DNA of 64,000 nt, taken from contig NC_043018.1 in the NCBI RefSeq assembly GCF_006345805.1, forward strand, positions 20,708,001 through 20,772,000, read 5' to 3'. The notes beneath the pieces are model-generated. The model had not been told where the DNA came from. It was given only the letters and a program-made list of their open reading frames with translations, and searched no databases. The translations under genes were made by a program, and so were the position numbers. Position 1 is the stretch's first letter, and each line of letters opens with the position of its first letter. Below are positions 41,022 to 53,082 of the stretch, piece after piece. Source of the DNA: Octopus sinensis. Taxonomy: Eukaryota.

Positions 41022-41496
41022 ACTCTTTCATTACTGTATTTATTTTAAGATGCTCTGTGTTTCTTTCAATTACTTTAAATATAAACAAAGAATTTAGCAA
41101 AATAACTTAGTTATCATTAAGCTAGAGTTAGGGACATAAATTGTGACTAAGGTTTGGTGGAAGATTTTAATTGAAAACTTATTAAAACAAGACATTTGTA
41201 CTTGGAGCCAGAGCTGGTTTCAGCTGGGTTGGTATCAAAAGGGTTAAGAATTGTTTCTCTATTATATATTTTAACCCTTTTGTTACCATATTGCTGTTGA
41301 GATGCTCTGTGTTTCTTTCAATTACTTTAAATATAAACAAAGAATTTAGCAAAATAACTTAGTTATCATTAAGCTAGTATTAAGAATATAAATTGTGACT
41401 AAGGTTTGGTGGAAGATTTTAATTAAAACCTGAAGAAAACAACACATTTGTACAACAGAGCCAGAGCCAGTTTCAGCCGGGTTGGTAACGAAAGGG
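41022..41496. mobile_element. Two adjacent piggyBac-like MITEs of a second family
   Basis: TTAA|CCCTTTTGTTACC ... GGTAACGAAAGGG|TTAA at 41275-41496, preceded by a similar copy ending AAAAGGG|TTAA at 41243. Confidence 0.7.
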
Positions 41497-42313
41497 TTAA
41501 AAATATCTGAGACAAAAATCACAGGACAGATTTTATGGGTAAGGCCGAAACTGGCAGGAGACCTTGGAAAAAATCACCAGTGAGATGGTTGCATATCCAT
41601 AACACTTGGTCCTGTTAAAGAATCCAGCCAGAACATTTGCTGGTGGTGGCCTCTGCTAGGAATCCTCTGGAGAATATCTTGGCAGATTCTGCCCCCACAC
41701 AACTCATTACAGGAATAGCGAGTGAGCCAGGGGTATTTTTATAAACAATTGTAACAATAAATGATAAATCAACCTTTATATCAATCAAAATACAAAGGCA
41801 ATGTTGACCTTGGTGACATTTGAGCTCTAAGCTGGAAAAAATGTTGCTAAGCATTTTTTCCAGGGCGCTAATGATTCTTCCCACTTGCCGCCTTATATAT
41901 GGTGAATATTTACAGCTGGAGGTCTTAGGTGGATTATAGTCAGACAAAGATGTGATCGTTACTAACGTCGCTTCACTAGCACCTATGCCGGTGGCACGTG
42001 TAAAAAGATTCGAGCGAGGTCATTGCCAGTACAGCCTGACTGGCACGTAAAAAGCACCCACTACACTCTCGGAGTGGTTGGCGTTAGGAAGGGCATCCAG
42101 CTGTAGAGACTCTGCCAGATCAAGATTGGAGCCTGGTGCAGCCATCTGGTTCGCCAGCCCTAAGTCAAAATCGTCCAACCCATGCTAGCATGGAAAGCAG
42201 ACGTTAAACGATGATGATGATGATGATGATGATGAAAGACATCATTTTGTCTTGAATCTAATTTGTACATCAACAACTGAGCTCAACAAATATAAGTCAA
42301 TTAAAATACTTAC

Positions 42314-42487
42314 TCTTGTCTGCATGGTGAACCGATGCTTCCATTGGTCCAGTTCGATCTCAAACTGTTTGAGTTCATGTTCATAAGCTATCCGGTCTTT
42401 GAAGTCAGCATTTTCCGGCCTCTCTGGAGCAGAGGGTTTGCTGTGGTGATATAATTCAAACCAGTCGTTGAAAGACTCAATTGCATC
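42314..42487 (-). CDS. NUP107: Nup107 exon
   Basis: ctttag| DAIESFNDWFELYHHSKPSAPERPENADFKDRIAYEHELKQFEIELDQWKHRFTMQTR |gtaagt; 174 nt. Confidence 0.94.
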
Positions 42488-42597
42488 CTAAGGAAGAGAT
42501 AAGAAATGGTGCCGTTAGAATAAGAGTATGGTGCGATAACAGGAACAAAAGAATGGTGATTGTTAGTATAAACGATGATGATGATAATATATCTATA

Positions 42598-42895
42598 TCA
42601 CGTGACCGACCAGTCTATCAGATGTAGTTACACATTGCTGGTCACAATGCGTTTGCATTGTTTTAGCCTTCAAATGACGCCACCCCGCTGGCTAAGCGAG
42701 CAGGCCAACAGAAGAAAGAGTGGGAGAAAGAGTGGTGAAAGAATACAGCAGGGATCGCCACTACCCCTGCCGGAGCCTCGTGGAGCTTTTAGGTGTTTTT
42801 GCTCAATAAACACTCACAACGCCCGGTCTGGGAATCGAAACCGCGATCCTACGACCGCGAGTCCGCTGCCCTAACCACTAGGCCACTGCGCCTCC
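42598..42895 (-). mobile_element. tRNA-derived SINE family D (also 34953-35260 and a partial copy at 61710-61865)
   Basis: Minus-strand head GGAGGCGCAGTGGCCTAGTGGTTAGGGCAGCGG...GGTTTCGATTCCC; near-identical copies. Confidence 0.8.
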
Positions 42896-43106
42896 ACAAT
42901 ATATCTATATATATATATATACATATATGTGTGTGTGTGTGTGTGTGTGTGTATATACATACACACACTTGAAATGGAAACAAATTCAATGGCAATAACA
43001 GTGTTTTTAAACTAAAAAAAAAAAAAAGAGGAAGTACAGAAGGGGATCAGAGGAAAAACAGGGGCCACAACAAGAACAAATGATGAAGGGAAACAGAGAA
43101 ACTCAC

Positions 43107-43178
43107 CAGACAAGCCTTGATGCAGTGATACTCCCTCACGACATTCTCTTCATGAGTAGCAAGTTCTTCAGAGTCAAA
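43107..43178 (-). CDS. NUP107: Nup107 exon
   Basis: atgtag| FDSEELATHEENVVREYHCIKACL |gtgagt; 72 nt. Confidence 0.91.
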
Positions 43179-43373
43179 CTACATAAAAGTTAAAAAAAAA
43201 AAGAAACATCAAACGAAAAAAAATTAATCAAAGTACCGATAGTGGTACCGTCCTCTGGCACTCTAGGTTTTCTCCTACTTCATGCAGGAACCACATTTGC
43301 ATACATTATATACAGGCAGTATGCATATATTTTATCTATGAGCACTCACATAGACACACACAGAGACATATAT

Positions 43374-43860
43374 ATTGGGTCGTCCTATAAATAATGTGTT
43401 TTTTTCAATTGCATGAACTAAAAGTTGTAGGGGGATGGGATTAATTACCTGTATCAACTTGCTATAAAAGCAGGTAGTAATTTTACCTTGTCCTTATTCT
43501 TAGTGCAAGTTCTGAAGAGTGCAGTTTGATTTTAACAGTTATTTTTTTCAAAGTTATAATGGAAATGACAAAGGAACATCTTCGGCATAACAATGCAGTG
43601 TCATTGGTGGTTCCAGAAATTCTGAGCCAGAAACTACAGCCTAGAAGGCCAGCCCTGTCCTGGAAGATCTGTAGAGCTCAACGAGGAAGTCCTGAAAACC
43701 CTGGTGGAACAAAATCCCATTGTAACTGTTGAGGAACTAGCAGAGAAGCTTGCATGTCGTCGTTCAACCATTTATCGATACCTGCATGCCATCGGAAAAG
43801 TCAGCAAATTGAATCAATGGGTTCCTCACAAACTTTCCGAGTCTAATTGCACAGCAGAAA
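43374..43860 (+). pseudogene. Mariner transposon 5' fragment
   Basis: TA+TTGGGTCGTCC TIR-like start; MEMTKEHLRH; VEQNPIVTVEELAEKL...YLHAIGKVSKLNQWVPHKLSE (mariner WVPHxL motif). Confidence 0.8.
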
Positions 43861-43909
43861 GCTTGCAAGCAACACCACTAAAATTCACAAAATGCCATAT
43901 AAAATATAT

Positions 43910-44400
43910 CGAAATCGATCAACATCAATGGAAATTGTAGCTGTGATACCAGTGCCGGTGGCACATAAGAGAGCCATCCGAACGTGGCTGTTGCCAGCGC
44001 CGCCCCGACTAGCATCTGTGATGGTGGCACATAAAAAGCACCATCCGATTGTGGCTGTTGCCAGCCTTGTCCGGCCCCTGTGCGGTGGCACGTAAAAAGC
44101 ACCATCCGATTGTGGCTGTTGCCAGCCTCATCCGGCCCCCGTGCCGGTGGCACATAAAAAGCACCATCCGATCATGGCTGTTTGCCAGCCTCGTCTGGCA
44201 CCTGTGCAGGTGGCACGTAAAAAGCACCCACTACACTCACGGAGTGGTTGGCGTTAGGAAGGGCATCCAGCTGTAGAAACACTGCCAGATGAGACTGGAG
44301 CCTGGCGCAGCCTACTGGCTTCCCAGACCCCAGTCGAACCGTCCAACCCATGCTAGCATGGAAAACGGACGTTAAACGATGATGAGGATGATGATGATGA
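43910..44400 (+). mobile_element. (GAT)n-tailed SINE family C with internal tandem units (others at about 4660, 9548, 11865, 16308, 36340, 37255, 38325, 40200, 41960, 49925, 62148)
   Basis: Repeated GTGGCAC(G/A)TAAAAAGCACC units, conserved GGTTGGCGTTAGGAAGGGCATCC box, tail GGACGTTAAACGATGATGAT. Confidence 0.85.
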
Positions 44401-44452
44401 GACCATTAAGTCTGCAGCTAACGTGAAATTATTGATGTAATTATCCACTGAC

Positions 44453-44541
44453 CTTCTCATGCCAGATTCTTGTGATAATGCCAACAGAATCAGATGGCAG
44501 TTTCTCAAAGACTTGTCTTGCAGCTGTTGGTTTATTCATGG
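44453..44541 (-). CDS. NUP107: Nup107 exon
   Basis: ttttag| (A)MNKPTAARQVFEKLPSDSVGIITRIWHEK |gtcagt; 89 nt. Confidence 0.91.
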
Positions 44542-45459
44542 CTAAAATACACAAAGAACAAAGATTTAATACATGGATCCCAGAGAGCTTTATACTTACA
44601 ACAGTTTGTAACAATATGAAGATTACTGCAAGCTCTTCTTACAAAATTTACAAAGAATATGAGGCTCATGGCAAGCTTCCCACTTAACTCTTGCATTACC
44701 AATTTGTCTGAGACCAGCCCTGGTTCTTTAATACAATCTTCAAGTTCTTAAAGTGAACTAAACTAAAACCCTTCGTTAAAATTTCATGCTAATTTAAGTT
44801 TGAAAAACGGTTTATCTCTTTTACTTGTTTCAGTCATTTGACTGTGGCCATGCTGGAGCACAACCTTTAGTTGAGCAAATCAACCCCAGGACTTACTCTT
44901 TGTAAGCCTAGTACTTATTCTATCGGTCTCTTTTGCCGAACCGCTAAGTTACGGGAACACACCAGCATCGGTTGTCAAGCGATGTTGGGGGTACAAACCC
45001 AGACACACACACACACACACACACAAATATATATATGTATATATACAACGGGCTTCTTTCAGTTTCCGTCTACTTTAAATATAACAAAGAATTTAGTAAA
45101 ATAACTTAGTTACCATTAAGTTAGTGTTAGGAACATAAATTGTGACTAAAGTTTGGTGGAAAATTTTAATCCAAAACTTATGGAAACAAGACATTTGCAC
45201 AACAGAGCCAGAGCTGGTTTCAGCCGGGTTGGTAATGAAAGGGTTAAAAAACAGGGAGTTTGTATAACAGAACTAGGGCAATCTCAGGTGAGTATCAGAA
45301 GGGTTAGAGTACGCAGAAACAGTGTGGTTTACTGCATGATCTCTACATATTGGTTTTTGCAAACAATATGGAGTCATGTAGGTATATATTGGTGAACTGA
45401 AAGATGTTAGAATTGTGCTTACAGAGGAGGTGAAAATCCCAAATGCCTTTTTGGATAGG

Positions 45460-45950
45460 TACAAGAGGGAACTGAAAAGTTCCTGGCTTTAAGGGTATCA
45501 TGAAAGGCCTGGTTGGAGGGCCAATCTTCCTAGTTCTTTTACAGGGCTTAGAAAAACTGTAATAAGTGTGCGAATCAGAGAGGAGAACATCATCATCATC
45601 ATCGTTTAACGTCCGTTCTCCATGCTAGCATGGGTTGGACGGTTCGACCGGGGATCTGGGAAGCCAGGGGCTGCACCAGGCTCAAGTCTGATCTGGCAGT
45701 GTTTCTACAGTTGGATGCCCTTCCTAACGCCAAGCACTCCGCGAGTGTAGTGGGTGTCCCTTTTACGTGCCACCGGCACAGGTGCCAGGGGAGTCTGGCA
45801 TCGGCCACAATCGGTTGGTGCTTTTAACGTGCCACCGGAGCGGAAGCCAGCCAAGGCGGCGCTGGCATCGTTTAATAAAATCATTAATTAACTGATCCTC
45901 CTGTATTTTCTTTTACCTAAAGCCAGGAACTTTTCAGCAGGCCCTTGTGT
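45460..45950. mobile_element. Mariner-like MITE with a nested SINE
   Basis: TIRs CTGAAAAGTTCCTGGCTTTA ... TAAAGCCAGGAACTTTTCAG; a (CAT)n-tailed SINE is inserted at about 45588-45870. Confidence 0.65.
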
Positions 45951-46086
45951 ACCATATACCATATGATAGCGTAGATATGAAGAGAAAAAGAGAGAGAGAG
46001 AAATACAGATGAGGGGACAGGCAGACAGAAAGAAATAGGAGCAAAGGTTTAGTATAGAATGGTAATATTGGGGAGCATATCCTTAC

Positions 46087-46189
46087 CCAAGAAACCTCGC
46101 ATCACAGCATTTGCTTGCTTAACAGCTTCTAATCGCTGTGATGGATCAAATGTTAACCAATCAATAGCTTCAATTTTCTGTTTGTCTTC
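46087..46189 (-). CDS. NUP107: Nup107 exon
   Basis: ttttag| [34 protein letters not shown] |gtaagg; 103 nt. Confidence 0.95.
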
Positions 46190-47742
46190 CTAAAAAATAA
46201 AATTAAAATAATTAACAAAAAAAATATTGATTGGGGTTTGATAAACTGAGGCCCTCACAGAAGAAAAGGCCATGACATTAATCAGAGAAATAGTGAAGAA
46301 ATCAACATCATCATCATCAACATTTAATGTCCATTTTCCATGCTGGCATGGGTTGGACGGTTTGACAAGAGTTGATCAGCTGAAAAGCTGCTCGGGCCAC
46401 AATGTCTGTTTTGGCCTGGTTTCTACAGCTGGATGCCCTTCCTAATGCCAACCACTTTACAGAGTGTACTGGGTGCTTTTACATGGCACCAGCAACCACG
46501 AGCCTGCAAGATTAGGAATGCTCAGCTGGAAGGAGATGCAGGGGACAAGCCTGTATGCAAGGGCAACCACGCTTTTTACTTACATTCTGAGTTCAAATTC
46601 CGCCGAGGTCGACTTTGTCTTTCATCCTTTCGGGGTTGATAAATTAAGTACCTATTTCTTTATTACCCACAAGGGGCTAAACACAGAGGGGACAAACAAG
46701 GACAGACATAGGTATTAAGTCGATTACATCGACCCCAGTGCATAACTGGTACTTAATTTATCGACCCCGAAAGGATGAAAGGCAAAGTCGACCTCGGCGG
46801 AATTTGAACTCACAACGTAACGCAGACGAAATACCGCTAAGCCCGGCGTGCTAACGTTTCTGCCAGCTCGCCGCCTTGTACTATACATATATTCTTTTAA
46901 GTACCAGTTACGCACTGGGGTTGATGTAATCGACTTAATCCCTTTGTCTGTCCTTGTTTGTCCCCTCTATGTTTAGCCCCTTGTGGGCAATAAAGAAATA
47001 AGATAGCAGAAACATTAGAATGCCAGCTAATATTCTTAGGAGCATTTCTTTTAGCTTTTTACATTCCGAGTTCAAATTCCACCGAGGTCAGCTTTGCCTT
47101 TCGTCTTTTCAGGGTCAATAAAATAAGTACCGGTAGTGAACTGGGGTTGATGTAATCAACTAACCCCACTTCATCCACAAATGGCTAGCCTAGGGCTAAA
47201 ACTTCGAACCCTTAAAAAAAAAGACATACTCAAATAAATAGTGACTTCTTCGACTGATTCAGTAGCTGTACCGGTCATACTGGAGCACCTCTTTCAAGGT
47301 TATATTTCATTACATCATCTTCCTCTCCATCTCCTGTTCTAGTATTCTGTTTGGTTATTGACCACGGCAGAAAGAAAGGCAAATCTGACTGAGCCAAGAT
47401 TTGAACTCAGAATCTAGAGAGAAGCAACCAAATCATCATCACTATCATTTAACGTCCATTGTCCATGCTGGGATCGATTGGACAGTTTGACCAGAGCTGG
47501 CAAGCCAGAGAGCTGCACCAAGCTCCGGTCCAGTTTGGCAGGGTCTCTATGGCTGGATGCCCTTCCTAGCACCAACCGCTTTACAGAGTGGGCAGGGTGC
47601 TTTTACGTTGCACCGCACGAATGCTTAAGATAATTTACCCAACAACCTGCACTGATTCTGCCCAGCCTTGCTAATAAGAAACAGAATGCCAGAATGCAGA
47701 GAAACAGCTCAACAAAGACAGGTGTGCAGTCATTGATCTTAC

Positions 47743-47903
47743 CTTTGATATGGTCGAATTGATATTACTTGTTGGCCGGTTTATTGTGGGATCGTCTCTC
47801 TTACGAATGTTCTCGACAACGGTTTTTGTGATGACATCCACAGCAAGACCAGCTTCTTTGGCAAGTTCCAAATATAAATGACGTTCATCCTTCTTCTCTA
47901 CAC
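47743..47903 (-). CDS. NUP107: Nup107 exon
   Basis: aaacag| VEKKDERHLYLELAKEAGLAVDVITKTVVENIRKRDD...STISK |gtaaga; 161 nt; ITKTVVENIR motif. Confidence 0.95.
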
Positions 47904-47962
47904 CTGTTTACGTTGACGAGTTAATAAACGGTAAACAGAGAATAAAGATAAACTTTAGTGAA

Positions 47963-48140
47963 GTTAATCCAAACAAGAAAGCACAAAAAAAAACACAACA
48001 ACGCGAGGACGTGGCACAAATATAGTATTATTGGAAGCTCAGGAAAGAAGGAAAGAAGGAGGGTTTAACGTTTCGAGCGGAGCTCTTCGTCGGAAACATA
48101 GGAGAAGGGAAGACAGAGGAAAAAAAATCGCCAACGGTAC
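47963..48140 (-). mobile_element. Penelope-like pLTR fragment with a minimal hammerhead motif and a 13-bp TSD
   Basis: Flanked by AAACTTTAGTGAA at 47950-47962 and 48141-48153; a partial family copy lies at about 8527-8636. Confidence 0.65.
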
Positions 48141-48360
48141 AAACTTTAGTGAACATACATGTATGTGTGTGTGTGTGTGGGGGTGTGTGTGCATGTATTA
48201 GTGTAGCAGCAGCATGAATGAAGCATTGTGTGATGTTTTTAGGTTCAGATCAAAGCTGTTCAAAAGCTGATACAAATATACAGGGACACAAAACAAAGTG
48301 GAAACTGTTGTTTTGAACATTGAACAAACAAATGAAACTAGAAGACATTTATTCACTCAC

Positions 48361-48496
48361 CTTCCAAAAACAGAGCATAAGCGCTGGCCTGCCAACTTCT
48401 TGGTAAAGTGGCAACATAGGTTGCTACTTGGTGCACCATTTTATTTTGGATTAACAAATCTACATAGCCTTGTAAAATCTCATTGCATTTCTCTTC
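48361..48496 (-). CDS. NUP107: Nup107 exon
   Basis: tttcag| EEKCNEILQGYVDLLIQNKMVHQVATYVATLPRSWQASAYALFLE(G) |gtgagt; 136 nt. Confidence 0.94.
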
Positions 48497-50947
48497 CTGA
48501 AATAAAGAATTTAATAATGATAGCATGTAGAATATTTGGTTAACCCTTTAATGTTCACGTCATTCTGCTAAAATTAAGGCTTTTTTATCCATTTTTGAAC
48601 TAATCATGCATTATCTTGTAGCTATGAGATAGCTGTTAATTTTTAAAACGATATTGTAGGGTTGGTGTAAGAGACCAGATACGGCCAGTTTGAACAAGCA
48701 GAATACTATTGGCTGGATATGGCTGGTTTAAATGCTAAAGGGTTAAAACGCCCCCAGGGATGGTAAAAGATGAAGGTTGCCCAACCTTTCAATTTTTTTT
48801 ATTCTTTGTAGCTTTTAAGGTGGGGAACTGGCAGAATCGTTTGCATATCGAGTAAACAGCTTGGTGGCATTTCATACGTTTTTACATTCTGAGTTCAAAT
48901 TCTGCCAAAGTCGACTTTGCTTTTCATTCTTTTGGGGTAGGTAAAATAGGTACCAGTTGAGTACTGGGGTCAATAAAACTGAGTAGCTCCCTTCCCTGAA
49001 CTTGCTGGCCTTGTGCCAAAATTTGAAACCATAAAGCTACAAATGCAGTTTTATCTACAGTTTTACTCTTTTACGTGTTTCAGTCATTTGACTGCGGCCA
49101 TGCTGGAGTACTGCCTTTAGTTCAGCAAATCGACCTCAGGACTTATTCTTTGGAAGCCTAGTACTTATTCTATCAGTCTCTCTTGCTGAACCACTAAGTT
49201 ACGGGGATGTAAACACACCAGCATCGGTTGTCAAGCAATGCTAGGGGACAAACACAGACACACAAACACACACATGCATATATATATATATATATATATA
49301 CAATGGGCTTTTTTCAGTTTCTGTCTACCAAATCCACTCACAAGGCTTTGGTCAGCCCAAAGTTATAGTAGAAGACACTTGCCCAAGGTGTCGCGCAGTG
49401 GGACTGAACCCAGAACCATGTGGTTGGTAAGCAAGCTACTTACCACACAGCCTCTCCTGCGCCTACTATCAACGAAAAATAATTTACCTCAATTCTCTTA
49501 AATTTCTTAATTCTACTAATAAATCCTTAAAATCCTTAAAAATGTTTTAGCCCGAAGGCCGTGGCCATGCTGGGGCACCACCGCTGTGAGAAAAAACAAA
49601 AACATGAATAATAAATAGTTATAGATGAAATTAAACAAAGTTTCAAACGAGAGAAAAAAAAAAAATCTTCCACCTTTGTTGTCAGCACTGGCGGTAGTGG
49701 TGGATGGGTGAATGGTTCTGTCATCATAATAGTCATGATTCTTTTCATGTTCATCATTAAATATTTGGAATGTCTGAATTTTAAGATGCCACAAATTGGA
49801 CAAACAGAAGATAAAATTATAGATTTTTTGCCAGAAACCCTAAATTGCCTACATTCTTTGTTTTTGCATGTGTGTCTCTGTAGAGTTGGGATATTTCTGG
49901 AATTGTATCATTTATTGCTTGTGTAGCACGTAAAAAGCACCAATCCGATCGTGGCCGTTGCCAGCCTCGCCTGGCACCTGTGCAGGTGGCACGTAAAAAG
50001 CACCCACTACACTCTTGGAGTGGTTGGTGTTAGGAAGGGCGTCCAGCTGTAGAAACATTGCCAGATCAGGCTGGAGCCTGGTGCAGCCTTCTGGCTTCCC
50101 AGATCCCTGGTCGAACCATCCAACCCATGCTAGCATGGAGAACGGACGTTAAACGATGATGATGATGATGATGGAAGGATGTGTTAGCAGACAGTAATCC
50201 CAGAGGAAAGTAGGAGAAACAACCAGAGAGTAACACTTGGTTTTAATGACCATACTTGTGGATATGGTCACACAAATAGCTAACAGTTGGAATAGGAAGG
50301 ACATCCAGCAGTAAAAACGATGCCAAAGAGGATATTGGGGCCTGGCACGGCTCTGCAGTTTGTCAGACACTGTAAAACTGTCCAACTCCAGCATGGAAAA
50401 CAGACAGATGATGATAATGGCTTGTGGTATGGTTAGATAGTGTGCCATCATCATCATAACTCTCTTTTCTCTCTTTTACTTGTTTCAGTCATTTGACTGT
50501 GGCCATGCTGGAGCACCGCCTTTAGTCAAGCAGATCGACACCGGGACTTATTCTTTTGTAAGCCCAGTACTTATTCTATCGGTCTCTTTTGCCGAACCGC
50601 TAAGTGACGGGGGACATAAACACACCAGCATCGGTTGTCAAGCAATGCTAGGGGAACAAACACAGACACACAAACATATACACACACATAAATATATACA
50701 CATATATACGACAGGCCTCTTTCAGTTTCCGTCTACCGAATCCACTCACAAGTCTTTGGTCGGCCCAAGGCTATAGTAGAAGACACTTGCCCAAGGTGCC
50801 ACACAGTGGGACTGAACCCGGAACCATGTGGTTGGTAAGCAAGCTACTTACCACACAGCCACTCCTGCGCGATAACTATTAGTTATCTATGTGAAAGCAA
50901 GATTTTTTTATTTTTTTATTAAAGGTGTATTTGAATAAATATCTTAC

Positions 50948-51063
50948 CTTTTCTTCTAGACCAACAGTCCGCAACACTAAAACCAAATGAGCCATGAACC
51001 GTACCAAATGTTGTGGAATTTGATTATCTTTCTTCAACCAGTCATGCATGGTATCGACCAAAC
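50948..51063 (-). CDS. NUP107: Nup107 exon
   Basis: tatcag| (S)LVDTMHDWLKKDNQIPQHLVRFMAHLVLVLRTVGLEEK |gtaaga; 116 nt; HLxRFMxHL motif. Confidence 0.95.
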
Positions 51064-51197
51064 CTGATAACAGAAATCAGAAATTCAAATCACGAACACC
51101 GACCACCCTTATATCTTTGGAATTAACTTTTAATTAATTAAAAAATAAATAAATAAATAAAAAAAAAATTAAATTATAATCTCGTGTATAAACTTAC

Positions 51198-51267
51198 TGT
51201 TGGTATCGTTCAGAATAATAAATTTTTGGATCACATTAAACCAGATTTTGCTCTCTTCTTGTATTTC
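51198..51267 (-). CDS. NUP107: Nup107 exon
   Basis: ttgtag| EIQEESKIWFNVIQKFIILNDTN |gtaagt; 70 nt. Confidence 0.92.
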
Positions 51268-52526
51268 CTACAAAAAAAGACGTAGAACATGAATTTGAAG
51301 ATTGCCAAAATGTTATCCAAACAAACTTATAACTCTATGTGATATGGGAAGGACCTTTGATCCTTTTATTAATCAGTAAGTGGCTGAGTATTCCACAGAC
51401 ATTAGAGTCTCAAGGCCTAGGATTCACAGAGCTGGTTACCTGGTTCCCCTCGTGTATAAGAGATTAAGATCACATTCCTTTTGAACCGGATGCTAGTCTG
51501 TTGCAGGGTTTCTCACTTTTGCCAGCCAAGTGGACTGGAGCAATATGAAATGAAGTGACTTGCTCAAGAACACAATGCACTGAGCAGTCTGAGAATTGAA
51601 ACCTTGATCTTGTAATCATGAATGCAACACATTAACCACTGGTCTACCAGTATGAATGCTTTACAGGTGGCACCAGCATGGGTATTTTATACGTGGCGCC
51701 AGCAAGGGTGCTTTTTATGTGCCACCAGGACAGGTGCTTTTTATATGGCACTAGCACAGGTGCATTATATGTGAGGCACCTGTGCGTGTGCTTTATACAT
51801 GGCACCAGCACAAGTGCTTTACAGGTGGCACCAGCATGGGTGCTTTTAATGTGGACCTGTGAATAATTCATGGATAATGTTTCTGTTCTTTAAACCTTCA
51901 GCATTCAGATTACTCTCTCTTTCTTTTCTCTTTTTACTCTCTTTTACTTGTTTCAGTCATTTGACTGCGGCCATGCTGGAGCACCGCCTTTAGTCAAGCA
52001 AATCGACCCCGGGACTTATTCTTTGTAAGCCCAGTACTTATTATATCGGTCTCTTTTGCCGAACCACTAAGTGACGGGGACGTAAACACACCAGCATCGG
52101 TTGTCAAGCAATGCTAGGGGGACAAACACAGACACACAAACACATATATATATATATATATATACATATATACAACAGGCTTCTTTCAGTTTCCGTCTAC
52201 CAAATCCACTCACAAGGCATTGGTCGGCCTGGGGCTATAGCAGAAGACACTCGCCCAAGATGCCACGCAGTGGGACTGAACCCGGAACCATGTGGTTGGT
52301 TAGCAAGCTACTTACCACACAGCCACTCCTGCGCCTATCTGTCAAATGTTTTTTATATACCAAGGCCTATTCCCCACTTTTTTTAGGAGTGGGTAGCCAC
52401 AAGGCACAGACCAGGCTTTCCATTCATTTCCCAGCTCAAATGTAATCCTTATATATTCCCATTGTTTTGAATTAACCAAGCATTACTTCATAGCTTTGGT
52501 AATTTGGTGAGGTAATTGTTAGTTAC

Positions 52527-52848
52527 ACTCGCCTCCTTACGAGAGCTCAAAATCTCTCGTGGAAGCATCATCCAACCAAAATGCAAATATATGGGAAACT
52601 ACCACCTGTGTCATCTCTTGTGAAAGGTAGAAGAGTCCAGAGCTGAAAACGAGGCAATTTCTACTCTTCTCCTCTGGAAGCCATCTGCTCATGATACCAG
52701 AGGGCGCACACTCTCCTACCCTGATGTAATCTCCAGGGATACAGGCATCCAGCAACAGGACCTCCGTAATGCTATGATGGACCGTGAAGTCTGGCGTAGC
52801 ATGGTAAATTCCATTGTCTCGACCACGGTCGAACAATGATGATGATGT
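52527..52848 (+). mobile_element. RTE-type LINE 3' end
   Basis: RLLTRAQNLSWKHHPTKMQIYGKLPPVS...LLLWKPS..RGRTLSYPDVISRDTG...LRNAMMDREVWRSMV-, then a (TGA)n tail. Confidence 0.75.
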
Positions 52849-53033
52849 TAGTTTTTAGAACAACATTTTAGGGTTGGTGCGAGAGGCTAGGCTAGGTCAG
52901 TTCCAACATAAAACAGGACAAATATTTTGGCTGGATATGACTGGCTTGGATGCTAAAGGGTTAAAGTTCTTGTTTTCTGAGAGATAATTAAAATTTTTTT
53001 AAGAATTAAATAAATGATTGATTTCATACTTAC

Positions 53034-53082
53034 AGGATTATTAGCTGATTCAATTTCTGAGAAGATTGATTCTGGGTAATAC
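53034..53082 (-). CDS. NUP107: Nup107 exon
   Basis: tttcag| (R)YYPESIFSEIESANNP |gtaagt; 49 nt; phase matches both neighbours. Confidence 0.88.

Noticed and set aside
42830-42895. Apparent tRNA genes at SINE heads (also 35195-35260, 58975-59045, 17310-17380)
   Set aside because: A and B boxes are present but run into shared SINE bodies in multiple copies; there is no clean acceptor stem or terminator.
43950-44230. CRISPR-like repeat/spacer pattern
   Set aside because: The linkers are homologous to each other, the array is internal to a dispersed (GAT)n-tailed SINE, the DNA is eukaryotic, and there are no cas genes.
46077-46086. ATATCCTT U12-type donor-like motif
   Set aside because: It is on the plus strand and is simply the reverse complement of a normal Nup107 GTAAGG donor region; all Nup107 introns seen here look U2-type.
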